Positions 8,046-18,097 of a stretch of 39,806 bases of DNA are shown here, piece after piece. A model generated the notes under the pieces. The model saw nothing but the letters and a program-made list of their open reading frames with translations, was not told the DNA's origin and did no database searches. Source of the DNA: Candidatus Iainarchaeum sp. Its GTDB lineage: Archaea > Iainarchaeota > Iainarchaeia > Iainarchaeales > GCA-2688035. The first letter of the stretch is position 1, and every line of letters starts with the position of its first letter. The position numbers and the translations under genes are program-made. The stretch is taken from assembly GCA_002688035.1 (NCBI GenBank), contig NZBU01000004.1, forward strand, positions 1 through 39,806, given 5' to 3'.

Positions 8046-8942
8046 TTAGCATACCCTGCGAAAAGTATGCGGGAGCTTGCCTGTTGCAATGAGAGACCCA
8101 ATGTTGTCAAAGAGCCAGAGTTTTACGCAACCAACAATAGGCACTTTGAAAAATGCTTTGCCCTGGATTTCCTCGGTCTTAACAGGATAAAGAGTAATGC
8201 ATGATTTTTCAGGCACATTGTATCTTACAGTTCCACAGTCCTGGTCAAGAGTGTTGTTGTAGATGCTGTCTCCCTTAGTTAGAACATATTGGCCATCAAG
8301 AGCATCAATCTTTGTTACAACACGGTGGATTATAGGTTGCTGCAAAAGTGGACTGTAATAGACTATAATACTGCCTTCTTTGGTTATTGGGATTGTGGAA
8401 TCGTTGTTAAATGTTACGGTACTTACCTGCACGCCGTTCGAGCCCGAAGTATAATGCGGTTCGGCAAAAGATTCAAGCGGACTTTCTGCTAAAGGTTGGT
8501 TTAGTGTTACTTCTTGTCCTGTCAGTTGATCAAAGTTTGTTCCCTGCAATAGAATCACGTCTCCTCTGTAGTAGAGCGGTTCCATGGAACCACTTACAAC
8601 AATTACCATGGGGGCATGGGTTCCAAGGGCTATGCCAAGAATCGAGTAGATTGCCCATGCAAAAACAAATGCGGATAAGAGGTATATTCCCCAGTCAACA
8701 GCTTCCTCTCTCTCAAAGAACAGGAGGTATGCATAAAAGGCTGCGATAACAACGAAGAATATTGGAGTTGCCCCCAACACAAACGATATGAGAGCAACAA
8801 GAACAACAAAACTTAGGGCAAAGGAGGCCCACTGCAAAACAGAGGGGAGAGCGTGAACTCGCGGGATAATAAACATGTCAACATAGGTGAAGGGATCAAT
8901 CCACTTCAGCTTTTTTTTGATTGCGGAAATTTTTTTAAACAT
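8046..8942 (-). CDS. Signal peptidase I (archaeal/eukaryotic Sec11 type, S26 family) with an extended extracytoplasmic region.
   Basis: VVSGSMEPLYYRGDVILL contains the catalytic Ser box (SGSMEP). There are N-terminal TM helices. Length is 298 aa. Confidence 0.75.
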   Translation of the reverse strand: MFKKISAIKKKLKWIDPFTYVDMFIIPRVHALPSVLQWASFALSFVVLVALISFVLGATPIFFVVIAAFYAYLLFFEREEAVDWGIYLLSAFVFAWAIYSILGIALGTHAPMVIVVSGSMEPLYYRGDVILLQGTNFDQLTGQEVTLNQPLAESPLESFAEPHYTSGSNGVQVSTVTFNNDSTIPITKEGSIIVYYSPLLQQPIIHRVVTKIDALDGQYVLTKGDSIYNNTLDQDCGTVRYNVPEKSCITLYPVKTEEIQGKAFFKVPIVGCVKLWLFDNIGSLIATGKLPHTFRRVC

Positions 8943-8946
8943 GTTA

Positions 8947-9507
8947 TCACGGACGCGTGCTTTCTCCAGTAGTTACAGCGCTTGCAATTAGGTGCGCTAT
9001 TCTAATTGGTTCTGGCAAACCACTATAAAATATTGTTTTTTTCAGCAATATTTTTGCTTTATTGGGAGTTATGCCGTGACACTGGAAGAAAATGTTTTTA
9101 AAAGAATAAATGTCTTCGGCCTTTTTGATCAGACTTAGCCTCTTTGGCTTGTCTTTAAAGTTATTGAGCGCTACCTCAATTAGATTTAACCTTGGCATTT
9201 TGCGAAAAACGTTTATGACTGGTTTGCCTGTCTTTTTGAACAGGGTTTCTACATCAACTACATTGAAACCTGCAACGGCAATTCCGTCAAGAAGAATATA
9301 TTTTATTTGGTCCTTGAACTTGCTCTTGTTGCACATTTTGATTATTTGCTTTGTTGAATCCAAAGCATCAATGCCAACATCTTCTTTCAGGATGCCGTCA
9401 ATTCTGCCGTCAATTCTGAAGACAACACCAATTAGAACGGTTTTGCCACGACTCTTTGGTTTGAATGAACCGTCATCAATAGCCAAAACGCTAATGCTGT
9501 TTTTCAC
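8947..9507 (-). CDS. UPF0215/DUF99 family protein.
   Basis: The N-terminus VLAIDDGSF...GVV matches the DUF99 signature (xGxDDGxF). Size is 186 aa. Family assignment is from memory of the motif. Confidence 0.5.
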   Translation of the reverse strand: MKNSISVLAIDDGSFKPKSRGKTVLIGVVFRIDGRIDGILKEDVGIDALDSTKQIIKMCNKSKFKDQIKYILLDGIAVAGFNVVDVETLFKKTGKPVINVFRKMPRLNLIEVALNNFKDKPKRLSLIKKAEDIYSFKNIFFQCHGITPNKAKILLKKTIFYSGLPEPIRIAHLIASAVTTGESTRP

Positions 9508-9516
9508 AGAAGAAGA

Positions 9517-9792
9517 TTACTTCAAAGCCTTTTTAACTTCTTTTTCAAAGTCATTTAACTCGCCTGATATCTTTTTGAGCGCATCTACCAAAGCCTTCTT
9601 TGGCGCTTTGCCCTCTGTTCGAACCGCAAAACTTGCATCAGTATCATAAGGGTGATGCAATTTGTAGGCTGCAAAAACTACTTTGCTATCCTTTAACAGT
9701 GTAGCTCTAAGTAGGTTTGTGAAAGTATGCCTTTCACCCTTTAAAATAAACTCAAGCTCGTTTTTCGTGTTCTTTTTTACTTCAATCTCCAA
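9517..9792 (-). CDS. rpoL: DNA-directed RNA polymerase subunit L (Rpb11 homolog).
   Basis: 91 aa. ELEFILKGERHTFTNLLRATLL...HPYD matches the RpoL/Rpb11 dimerisation motif. It is adjacent to csl4, as in many archaea. Confidence 0.75.
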   Translation of the reverse strand: MEIEVKKNTKNELEFILKGERHTFTNLLRATLLKDSKVVFAAYKLHHPYDTDASFAVRTEGKAPKKALVDALKKISGELNDFEKEVKKALK

Positions 9793-9811
9793 ATCAAACC
9801 CTCCGAGAAAA

Positions 9812-10369
9812 TTATTTTAGTGAGTACTCTGTTGAAAACTTTCTTCCGCCGGTATCCCCACACCCTAAACACTTTAGCTGTGATCCAAACAACTGCAGTG
9901 GCTTGCGGCACTTTGCGCAAAAAGCTCTTATAACTCCCAACTCAGGTTCGTCTGTTCTGACATCAATTCCATAAGGAGCGACAAACGCAATCTTGGCTTT
10001 TACTAGGTCTCCAATCTTAAACAATTCTTTCAAGTGCTTTACATAATCCCTGCTCACCATTCTAATAGGAAGTGAAGCTCTCGTTACTGACAGTACTTTC
10101 TTGGTGTGATCAGCCTCTACTGTAGAAAGGTATAGAATAACGCTACTGTCTCGAACTAATCCCACTTCTCCAAATACTATGTCTCCTTTTTTTATTGGGA
10201 TAACATTCTTTGTTTTTTCCACGGAAATTGTTCTGTGCTCAGTGTTTTCTACAACAGTTCCTATGGAATCGGATCTGATTGACCCTTCTTCTATAAATGC
10301 GTTCTGACCTGGCTCAAATTCTTCCTCTGTACTTAGGAAGTCACCAGGGATTACTCTCTTTTTTACCAA
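9812..10369 (-). CDS. csl4: Exosome complex RNA-binding subunit Csl4 (S1 domain + C-terminal zinc ribbon).
   Basis: 185 aa. The central S1-like region is GDIVFGEV...VRDSSVILYL. The C-terminal motif is CAKCRKPL...LKCLGCG (CxxC...CxxC). Confidence 0.8.
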   Translation of the reverse strand: MVKKRVIPGDFLSTEEEFEPGQNAFIEEGSIRSDSIGTVVENTEHRTISVEKTKNVIPIKKGDIVFGEVGLVRDSSVILYLSTVEADHTKKVLSVTRASLPIRMVSRDYVKHLKELFKIGDLVKAKIAFVAPYGIDVRTDEPELGVIRAFCAKCRKPLQLFGSQLKCLGCGDTGGRKFSTEYSLK

Positions 10370-10454
10370 AAAATCACCAACAAAAACAGTGTGTTTTTTA
10401 TATTTCCTTGTATATACTCTAGTAACCCTAAGTTATTTAAATCAAGGTGTTAAT

Positions 10455-11336
10455 ATGGTTTTGGAAGCAATTGTGTCAAGCAAAGAACTTATGAAACACC
10501 CTTTGGTGATGCTGTTCATATCAATTATTGTTAGTGCTGCGGGCCTTTGGATAGCCTACTGGACATTTCCAGGGAGCAGCAGTATTCTTGGAATTGCTTT
10601 TGTTACGATTGCGCTTGTGCCGTTAATGCACAGCATTTTTGTCAAGGAAGAAGCCATTGAGGCTGAGTCAGACAGCTGGACCCCAAACTTTCTTGAAAGG
10701 CATTTTACTGTGGTAAAAATTTACGCATGGTTTTTTATTGGACTTATCATTAGCTATGCTTTTTGGTATTCTTTCCTGCCGATAATGGGTCTAACAGATA
10801 TGAGGAACCAAGTTTTTGAGGAGCAGGAGAATGCTTTAGGGGGAATAGAGAAACTTAAGAGCAGGATGACAGGCAATGCCACACTGCAAGGCGGACCTTG
10901 CGGAAAGGATGTTGGATGCTGGTTCCAACTCGTATTTTACAATAATACTTTTGTGATGCTGTTATCTGTGCTGTTCTCCTTTATTTATGGAGCGGGAGCC
11001 GTGTTCCTAATTGGTTGGAATGCTTCTGTAATCGGCGTGGTCATTGGAAAAGAAGTTATACATTCAATGGCTATAAGCGGGAATTTCCTGCAATCATTTG
11101 CCACAGGCCTTTACAGGGGATTGGGGCTTTTGCCACATGGTCTGCCTGAAGCACTGGGCTATTTCTTTGGTGCGATAGCCGGTGGAATAATTGGCGTGGC
11201 AATAATCAAGGAGAAACACAGGACACACGAGTTTGCGATAATAGCAAAAGACGCGCTAATAACTATTGTAATTGCATTGGTACTTCTTTTCATCGGTGCT
11301 TTGATAGAGGCAATGATAATAGTTGGATCGCTCTAG
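10455..11336 (+). CDS. SpoIIM-like / DUF95 family integral membrane protein.
   Basis: Multi-TM protein. The C-terminal motif HGLPEALGYFFGAIAGGIIG resembles the HGxxExxAxxxAxAAG motif of stage II sporulation protein M homologs. The preferred start is the ATG at 10455 (MVLEAIV...). The ORF-track start at 10389 is a GTG. Confidence 0.55.
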   Translation: MVLEAIVSSKELMKHPLVMLFISIIVSAAGLWIAYWTFPGSSSILGIAFVTIALVPLMHSIFVKEEAIEAESDSWTPNFLERHFTVVKIYAWFFIGLIISYAFWYSFLPIMGLTDMRNQVFEEQENALGGIEKLKSRMTGNATLQGGPCGKDVGCWFQLVFYNNTFVMLLSVLFSFIYGAGAVFLIGWNASVIGVVIGKEVIHSMAISGNFLQSFATGLYRGLGLLPHGLPEALGYFFGAIAGGIIGVAIIKEKHRTHEFAIIAKDALITIVIALVLLFIGALIEAMIIVGSL

Positions 11337-11692
11337 GTCCATTGCTCTATTTTATTTATCATATTTCTTTTTCTAAGGGTTAAAAGACCCATCTCTCCTA
11401 CTCCATCTAAAATTGTTCCATCGCGAAGCTTTACTCTCACGCCGCCTGGGACACCAATGCTTACCTGAATCTTTTCAACAAGCCGACCCTCGACATCAAT
11501 AATAATTTTAGGTCCTCTTTTTTTAGTAATGACTGCCTGTGCCTTCGTGGTTGTCTGGGGCCAGGTGAGGGTCATTAGAACATTGGTCCCCTTGACTTTG
11601 AAAGTGGTTATCTTTGGGCGTCTGTCAAGAGCAGTCCAATTTGGTTTGCGTGGTTGTTTTGGCCTAAACCAAAGTTTTCTTTTGAAAGGCAA
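11333..11692 (-). CDS. Basic protein downstream of stomatin, possibly an NfeD-like OB-fold partner.
   Basis: 119 aa, very K/R-rich at the N-terminus. The C-terminal GVPGGVRVKLRDGTILDGVGE loosely resembles the NfeD C-terminal beta-barrel (GxVxVxxxxGxxxxGE). It is co-oriented and immediately downstream of the stomatin gene. Confidence 0.35.
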   Translation of the reverse strand: MPFKRKLWFRPKQPRKPNWTALDRRPKITTFKVKGTNVLMTLTWPQTTTKAQAVITKKRGPKIIIDVEGRLVEKIQVSIGVPGGVRVKLRDGTILDGVGEMGLLTLRKRNMINKIEQWT

Positions 11693-11716
11693 TGGGCGAC
11701 ACTGAAGTCCTTGTAA

Positions 11717-12691
11717 CTATTTTTTCTTCTTTGCTTTTTTGATTACTTCTTCTTTCTCGGTTTTACTTAGAATGCTGGTTATTGCAGGGGCATACTTTTT
11801 GAATAAGTCCTCAACATTGTTCGGAGAAGCTCCTGTTACTCGACCTCCAATTGCCTCGGCAAGCTTGCTGAGTTCCATTGGGAAAATGATCTTTGTGCTC
11901 TTGCCAGCACCAAGCTTCTCCAAGGCGCGAATGTAATAGTATGCCAGTGCCTTGTCGCTTAGGCTTTCAGCGGCTTTTCTAACAGCATCAATCTCAGCCA
12001 TATGAGCTTGGGCAGATTCCATTCTGGCAAGCTTTCTTTGAATGGCTGCTTTTTCATCGTGCATTGCATCAAGAACAATTTTTGGAATGTCAACATCCTT
12101 TATGTCAACGCTGACAACTTCGACTCCCCAGCCTGCAGAGATTTTTGCAGCCTCCATTTTGAGCTTAGTTTCAAGTATATCGGTACTGGCAATAACCGCG
12201 GGAAGATCCATACTACCAATAACATCCCTGATGGCTGAGACAATGTAAAGCTTTACTGCCTCTTTGTAATCCTCTATTTCTATAACACTGTTAATCACAC
12301 TCTGAGGGTCACTCTTTACTTTTAAATAAATTACTGCATCGATTTTCAATTCAATGCTGTCCTTTGTTACAACATCCTGCTTTGGCACATCAATTGTTTG
12401 GGTTCTGCAGTCAATGATTGTTGCGGCTTCAATTCCGGGAAGCATCAAACACCAACCTGGCCCACCTACTCTCTTCACTTTTCCAAAGCGCATTATTACC
12501 GCACGCTCATACTCCTTTAGCAATAGTAAGAAGTCAGACTTCCAAAGCACTAAAAGGAAGAGGGCGATAAGGCCAATCCACAAAATGTTCTGCATGAAGA
12601 CATCTGCGTTGGCAAAAAACACGAAGGCAAGGGTAATTCCAAATAAAATAAGGAAGATGAATACCACATATTTGAGATTATCTGAAGCCAT
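11717..12691 (-). CDS. Stomatin/prohibitin (SPFH/band 7) family membrane protein.
   Basis: N-terminal TM. ERAVIMRFGKVKRVGGPGWCLMLPGIEAATIIDCRTQTIDVPKQDVVTKDSIELKIDAVIY matches the stomatin core. There is a coiled-coil and a K-rich tail. The ATG at 12689-12691 (MASDNLKY) sits ~22 nt downstream of the TATA-like aaatatattt. The ORF-track start at 12703 is a GTG. Confidence 0.85.
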   Translation of the reverse strand: MASDNLKYVVFIFLILFGITLAFVFFANADVFMQNILWIGLIALFLLVLWKSDFLLLLKEYERAVIMRFGKVKRVGGPGWCLMLPGIEAATIIDCRTQTIDVPKQDVVTKDSIELKIDAVIYLKVKSDPQSVINSVIEIEDYKEAVKLYIVSAIRDVIGSMDLPAVIASTDILETKLKMEAAKISAGWGVEVVSVDIKDVDIPKIVLDAMHDEKAAIQRKLARMESAQAHMAEIDAVRKAAESLSDKALAYYYIRALEKLGAGKSTKIIFPMELSKLAEAIGGRVTGASPNNVEDLFKKYAPAITSILSKTEKEEVIKKAKKKK

Positions 12692-12769
12692 TCTTTTAAA
12701 CACCTTTAAATATATTTTTTAGCAATCTTTATATATAATACTAATGTTATTAATGCAGCAGGGATTAGT

Positions 12770-13993
12770 GTGAAAAAACTGGGAAAATTGCTTGTATTGT
12801 GTGTTGACAGAGACAACGATTTGGGTAAGAAAACAGGTATAAATGGCCCTGTGATAGGCAGAGAGAAGAATCTCGAGGCTGCTGCCGCACTTGCTTTGGC
12901 TGACCCCAGCGAGTCAGATGCCAATTCTATGTTTGCCGGAGTAAAGAAGTTTGACGAGCTAAAGGCCGAAAAAGTTGATGCCGAAATAGCGACTCTTACT
13001 GGCTGGGGAAAAATTGGTTTTAAGAGCGATAAGATTCTGAACGAACAACTTGATGTTGTAATGGAGGCAGTTCAGCCAGACGGCTTTGTGCTTGTAACAG
13101 ATGGAGCTGAGGACGACCAAATAATACCGATACTGCAGAGCAGGGCGAAAATAGTAAGCAAAGAGAAGGTTGTCGTTAGACAGGCCCAGGAAATAGAATC
13201 AGCATACTTCACAATCAAAGAGGTTTTGAAAGATCCTTTTGTCAGCAGAATTGTTTTTGGGATTCCCGGAATAATATTATTGCTTTATGTTGCGCTTGGA
13301 AGCTTTTCATTTCAGATTATTGCATTCCTATTTGGATTTTATTTACTTTTGAAGGGATTTGGAATAGAGGATCGGATACTGCACGCATTCAACAGTATTA
13401 CTGAGAGCATTTCTGTGCAGCGCACGAGCTTCCCTTTCTATGTGGGTAGTTTGTTCATAATTGCGTTTGGCATAATAACCGCTTACAACAAGTTTCTTAC
13501 CACCCCCATAGGTGATATTCTCATTGACAGCATTAGCATTGCCCAACCCACCTATCTTTTCATTGCACTGGCTGCATTGAGTGTTGTAATTGGCAGAAGC
13601 ATTGACCTCATACATTTCAATAAAGCTTACTTGCTCAAAAAATACTTTTTGAGTGCCGTGTCAATAATATTACTTTGGTTCATTTTGGATGCAGGGACTT
13701 TAGTATTCCTTAGGCAGGCGGACTTAAACTGGTTTTTGGCAAGCATACTTGTTTCATTTATAGTGCTGCTAATAGCATTCAGAATAAGCGAGGTAATGGA
13801 CATCAGGAGAAAGGTCAGTGCGCTGTTTGTTGGTCTGCCGATTTATAGCAAGGAAGGACTAATACTTGGAAAGATTGAATCAGTGGACAAGAGGAAGAAT
13901 GCTGTTCTCTTTGTAGACAATAAAACCAACAAGAAGAAAGAACTAACAAGAAAAGATTTCTCTTTTGTGAGTGGAAAAATAGTTTTGGGTTAA
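12770..13993 (+). CDS. DUF373-like archaeal membrane protein (N-terminal soluble domain + polytopic C-terminus).
   Basis: [16 protein letters not shown] matches the DUF373 N-terminal motif (from memory). There are about 6 TM helices in the C-terminal half. GTG start at 12770. Confidence 0.5.
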   Translation: MKKLGKLLVLCVDRDNDLGKKTGINGPVIGREKNLEAAAALALADPSESDANSMFAGVKKFDELKAEKVDAEIATLTGWGKIGFKSDKILNEQLDVVMEAVQPDGFVLVTDGAEDDQIIPILQSRAKIVSKEKVVVRQAQEIESAYFTIKEVLKDPFVSRIVFGIPGIILLLYVALGSFSFQIIAFLFGFYLLLKGFGIEDRILHAFNSITESISVQRTSFPFYVGSLFIIAFGIITAYNKFLTTPIGDILIDSISIAQPTYLFIALAALSVVIGRSIDLIHFNKAYLLKKYFLSAVSIILLWFILDAGTLVFLRQADLNWFLASILVSFIVLLIAFRISEVMDIRRKVSALFVGLPIYSKEGLILGKIESVDKRKNAVLFVDNKTNKKKELTRKDFSFVSGKIVLG

Positions 13994-15909
13994 GTCGTGT
14001 TTGGTCTAATCAGTTTCTTTCCAATTGGAGTGGGAATCTTTTGCAAAATCTTTCCAAGAGCGGACAAGAGCCTGGTTTTTTTGCTTGAAGTAATAAAGGC
14101 ATGTTGTAAAACATCCTTGAGTGAGGCAACAGGAATAATTTTTATTGTCTTCAACTGGTCTTTGGGTAATACAACATCCTGGAAGTTTGCCTTTGGAATA
14201 ATAACTTCCTTAAAACCTGCTTTCATTGCAGCTATCACCTTGGCAGTTATTCCCCCTACAGGTAAAACTTCTCCTCTAACAGAGAGACTTCCTGTCATTG
14301 CAAGATTTTGTTTCACAGGAATTTGTTCAAGCGCGCTAATGACTGCGGTTGCAACACTCACAGACGCAGAGTCTCCTTCAACACCCTCATAAGTCTGTAA
14401 AAACTGGATGTGCAAGTCATGCTTGCTGATATCTTTTCCGGAGAGCTTTTTTATAATAGCGGAAACATTTTGGACTGCTTCCTTGGCAATTTTCCCTAGC
14501 TTTCCTGTTGCAATTAGTTTTCCTTCAGATCGGCTTGCAGCAGGAGCAATCTCGGCTTCAATTGGAAGAACTAGACCTGCTGAGCCCTCTGCCAATACAG
14601 CCAAACCATTGACCCTACCGACAGCACTTCCCTCAGTAAGATAAACATCATAATCTTTCTTCATTTCAATTATTTTGTCAACCATCTGCTGTTCCAGTGT
14701 TCTGGCCGAGAATTTGGCTTGGTAGATATCATCAGCCTGAACAAGCTTGTGGCTTTTTTCGCGCGCAATGTCCCCTGCAGCCCTAACAAGTCCGCCGAGA
14801 TCACGCAATTTTAGTGTGAGCTTGTTCTTCCTATCAGATCGTCTCTTGGCCTCCTGAATAATTGCTTCAACGGCCTCTCTGCTAAAAGCAGGAATTTTTC
14901 CGTCCTTCTTTATTTCTTGGGCGACAAACTGCGCCAGCTTTTCTCTGTTCTCAGGAATATCAGGCATGTCAAGATTCATGTATAATTCATAACCATAACC
15001 GCGAATACGTGAGCGTAGCGCAGGATGTACCTTTTTCAAATCCTCATAGTTTCCTGCTGCAACGAGCACGAAGTTACATGGAATTGGTTCTGTATGGGTC
15101 ATTGCGCCGCTTGAGAGTTCGCTCTGCCCGCTAATACTATATTTTTTATCCTGCATGGCTGTTAGAAGTTCCTGCTGTGCTTTTGACGAGAGAGTTGCAA
15201 TCTCATCAACAAATAGTATGCCACCGGATGCCTTGTGAATCATACCGGGTTCAACACGTAAATGTGCAGGTGTCCCAAGGCCACCACTTTGAAGTGGGTC
15301 ATGTCGCACATCACCTAATAGTGCGCCTGCTCTTGCGCCTGTTGCATCGATGAATGGCGCAATCTTTTTCCCGGCATTTCCAACCAACAGTTTTGGTGTT
15401 CTGGCTGTTTCGCGGGAACGCATCTGAGTCCCTAAAGCAAATCCAATGAGCAAGAATCCCCCAAGAATAATTGTTGCCGCATAGACCACATCAGGAATCC
15501 AATTGAGGTACCAAATTATAAACGAAATTAAGAACCATGCGAGCGGAAGAAGAAAGCCTAGGAGACGCGTGTTGTCCTCTTCTTTTTGCGCAGAGAGCTT
15601 TTCTTCCTGTAAGATCTTTTTTCCCTCACCGGCCTTAACAACCTTTACCTTAGGGTTGTTGACATCGACAGGATTAGGATAAACCATTATATCATGTAGA
15701 GCACTAATCGGCAGTATTTCAGCCATTGCCTGTGCAAGCATGCTTTTACCTGTACCCGGCAATCCGATTAATAGAACATTTCTCTTTTGAACCGCGGCCT
15801 TCCTAATTAGATCAACACTGTTGTCCTGGCCAATAACCTGATCAATCATTTTTCCCGAAACATTCACTTCATCGGTTGACTTCCAGTTCTTTGGCAAGGA
15901 AGAGGGCAT
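13990..15909 (-). CDS. lonB: Archaeal membrane-bound ATP-dependent Lon protease (LonB).
   Basis: Walker [23 protein letters not shown]. Two TM helices are inserted in the AAA+ domain ([17 protein letters not shown]...). The C-terminal protease domain has GDSASVS, with the Ser in GDSA. Length is 639 aa. Confidence 0.9.
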   Translation of the reverse strand: MPSSLPKNWKSTDEVNVSGKMIDQVIGQDNSVDLIRKAAVQKRNVLLIGLPGTGKSMLAQAMAEILPISALHDIMVYPNPVDVNNPKVKVVKAGEGKKILQEEKLSAQKEEDNTRLLGFLLPLAWFLISFIIWYLNWIPDVVYAATIILGGFLLIGFALGTQMRSRETARTPKLLVGNAGKKIAPFIDATGARAGALLGDVRHDPLQSGGLGTPAHLRVEPGMIHKASGGILFVDEIATLSSKAQQELLTAMQDKKYSISGQSELSSGAMTHTEPIPCNFVLVAAGNYEDLKKVHPALRSRIRGYGYELYMNLDMPDIPENREKLAQFVAQEIKKDGKIPAFSREAVEAIIQEAKRRSDRKNKLTLKLRDLGGLVRAAGDIAREKSHKLVQADDIYQAKFSARTLEQQMVDKIIEMKKDYDVYLTEGSAVGRVNGLAVLAEGSAGLVLPIEAEIAPAASRSEGKLIATGKLGKIAKEAVQNVSAIIKKLSGKDISKHDLHIQFLQTYEGVEGDSASVSVATAVISALEQIPVKQNLAMTGSLSVRGEVLPVGGITAKVIAAMKAGFKEVIIPKANFQDVVLPKDQLKTIKIIPVASLKDVLQHAFITSSKKTRLLSALGKILQKIPTPIGKKLIRPNTT

Positions 15910-16007
15910 AATTTAATTAGACTGAAAAAGTGTTTTAAAGTAATGTTTTTTGCCTTACCATTCCATTAAAATAATTGTTGAACCACTTCTTTTTTGTTAT
16001 GAGTGAG

Positions 16008-16910
16008 ATGAAAATGGTTTTTTTGGGAACAGGGTGCAGTAACCCTACTTCTGAGAGAAACCTTTCGGCAACAGCGCTTCGCTTTATGGGTCAATGGATG
16101 TTATTTGACTGTCCAGAAGGAACCCAAAGACAAATGATGAAAAGCAATGTTTCCTATATGAAAGTAAAGTACATTTTTTTCTCACACTTTCACGCAGATC
16201 ACTTCTTGGGTTTTCCTGGACTTGTTGCAACGATGAGCATGCATGAAAGAGATTATCCTTTACACATTTTTGGCCCGAAGGGGACAGAGGAAAGAATTAA
16301 ACGCTCGCTAAACCTGGGCCTCATGAGAAAAGATTTTGAGATTAATGTAACAGAGTTGAAGCGCACGGGAAAAATTGTTAGCGAAGAGTTTTTTGAAGTT
16401 ACCGCTTTCCCGCTTAAGCACGAAGTGCCCTGCCTTGGTTATTCTTTTAAGGAAAATGATAAGGATGGAGAATTCCAGAGGGCAAAAGCACTAAAACTGT
16501 TGCCAGAGGGTCCACTTTGGGGAAAACTGCAGAAAGGCCAAGCAGTAAAGTGGAGGGGCAAAACAATTGAGCCAGAGCAGGTCATGGATTACACTAAGGG
16601 AAAAAAGGGAAGAAAGGTCAGTGTTGTAATGGACACTTTGCCAAGCTCAAGCTATTATGATTACATTGAGGACAGCGATGTTTTGGTTCATGAGTCGGCT
16701 TTTGCAGATAAGTTTGAGCAGCGGGCAAAAGAAACAAAGCACTCCACGGCGAGACAAGCTGCAAGGGTTGCTGTTGAAACAAATGCAAAAAAACTTGTGC
16801 TGACACATATTAGCCCAAGGCACAAAAAGAACTCGGAACTTGAGAACGAGGCAAGACAGGAATTTGCAGACGTTGTTGTTGCAGAAGACCTAATGAAAAT
16901 GACACTGTAA
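16008..16910 (+). CDS. rnz: Ribonuclease Z (tRNA 3' endonuclease, metallo-beta-lactamase fold).
   Basis: MKMVFLGTGCSNPTSERNLSATAL...FFSHFHADHFLGFPGL carries the HxHxDH motif. ~300 aa. The start was chosen at ATG 16008. The ORF-track TTG at 15975 adds 11 aa. Confidence 0.85.
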   Translation: MKMVFLGTGCSNPTSERNLSATALRFMGQWMLFDCPEGTQRQMMKSNVSYMKVKYIFFSHFHADHFLGFPGLVATMSMHERDYPLHIFGPKGTEERIKRSLNLGLMRKDFEINVTELKRTGKIVSEEFFEVTAFPLKHEVPCLGYSFKENDKDGEFQRAKALKLLPEGPLWGKLQKGQAVKWRGKTIEPEQVMDYTKGKKGRKVSVVMDTLPSSSYYDYIEDSDVLVHESAFADKFEQRAKETKHSTARQAARVAVETNAKKLVLTHISPRHKKNSELENEARQEFADVVVAEDLMKMTL

Positions 16911-16919
16911 CGTGGTCCA

Positions 16920-18077
16920 ATGTTTTCAAGAGAACAGTTTCAGATTTTTGGTTTACCTAACATTCTGTTCTTTGGCCAGCTTTTCATACTCCAATTCTTT
17001 TACATGTTTTTGCCGCTGCATTTGCAGGAAATTGGTCTTGCGAACTGGCAAATAGGATTGCTGGCAGGATTGATTCCTATTACGGCAATGATTCTCTCAA
17101 TTCCCTTTGGGATTTTCGCAGACAGAATTGTTCCAAAACATTTAGTGATTGCAGGACTTGTTCTGTCCGCAATATTTGTTTTTGGCCTTGGGCAGGCAAA
17201 AGGCTTCTTTGAAATGGTGCCCCTCTTTATAATTGGCGGAATTGGAATGCAGCTTTTTTACATAAGCCTTTTCTCGCTTTACTACAAAACCATTGGGGGT
17301 GGGCATAATAGCAAAAAGATTGCCTTAGTTGAGATGAGCAGGGTTTTGGGATATGGCCTTGGCCCATTCATAGCTGGCCTGCTTCTAGTAAGTATTGGCT
17401 TCTTGGTTTTGTTGAACATGGCATTCTTTGCAATAATCCCACTTATTTTACTTTCATTGTTCCTGAAGAAAACCAAGGGAATTGAATTTGACATTTCCCA
17501 GTATAAGCGAGATCTTGGGAACAAAAAGATCCAGATGGTTTTTCTGGGGTACTTTTTTCTGGCACTTCACTTTGGGTCGGAAGAGGTTTCGCATGCGCTG
17601 TTCTTGAAGAATGTTATAGGCCTCGACTTTGCGCAGATGGGTCTTGTTTTCCTGTGGATTATGGCAGTAATTTTGGTGTTCACGCCGCTTGGTGCTGGAT
17701 TCCTTGACAAAACAAAGAAATTCAAGGCAATTATTTTTATCGGGCTTCTTGCAAGCGGAATTGGAAACATTCTTTATCTCTGGACATTTACGTTTGCAAT
17801 GGTTTTGGTGAGTCGCCTTGTGCACGAGTTTGGTGATGCGCTTGCAATACTTGGCATAAAAGCTGTTGTGCCTGAGTTGAGCAATGTGAAAAGGGTTGGA
17901 AGCGTATTTGGAACATTGATGTTAGCATCATACTCAGGCCAACTTGTGGGTGCGGTAATATCGGGTATTACGGCGGATTTGTTTGGATATGCAATGCCTT
18001 TTGTGGTTACCGGAGCCGCACTGTTTGTGAGCGTGGCATTATTCGGGTTACTGTTTTTGGGAAAAGATAAAAAATAG
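16920..18077 (+). CDS. Major facilitator superfamily transporter (12 TM).
   Basis: 385 aa with 12 hydrophobic segments. MFS-like loop motifs (GIFADRIVPK; ...GxLxDRxG-like). Confidence 0.7.
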   Translation: MFSREQFQIFGLPNILFFGQLFILQFFYMFLPLHLQEIGLANWQIGLLAGLIPITAMILSIPFGIFADRIVPKHLVIAGLVLSAIFVFGLGQAKGFFEMVPLFIIGGIGMQLFYISLFSLYYKTIGGGHNSKKIALVEMSRVLGYGLGPFIAGLLLVSIGFLVLLNMAFFAIIPLILLSLFLKKTKGIEFDISQYKRDLGNKKIQMVFLGYFFLALHFGSEEVSHALFLKNVIGLDFAQMGLVFLWIMAVILVFTPLGAGFLDKTKKFKAIIFIGLLASGIGNILYLWTFTFAMVLVSRLVHEFGDALAILGIKAVVPELSNVKRVGSVFGTLMLASYSGQLVGAVISGITADLFGYAMPFVVTGAALFVSVALFGLLFLGKDKK

Positions 18078-18097
18078 AATGGATATTAAAGTTAGTT

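Noticed and set aside
9110-9649. A plus-strand 179-aa ORF opposite DUF99 and rpoL.
   Set aside because: It overlaps two recognisable minus-strand genes, including RpoL with conserved motifs. It is spurious.
13343-13615. A minus-strand 90-aa ORF inside the DUF373 gene.
   Set aside because: It is antisense to a membrane-protein gene with clear TM periodicity, has no start context and is not conserved-looking.
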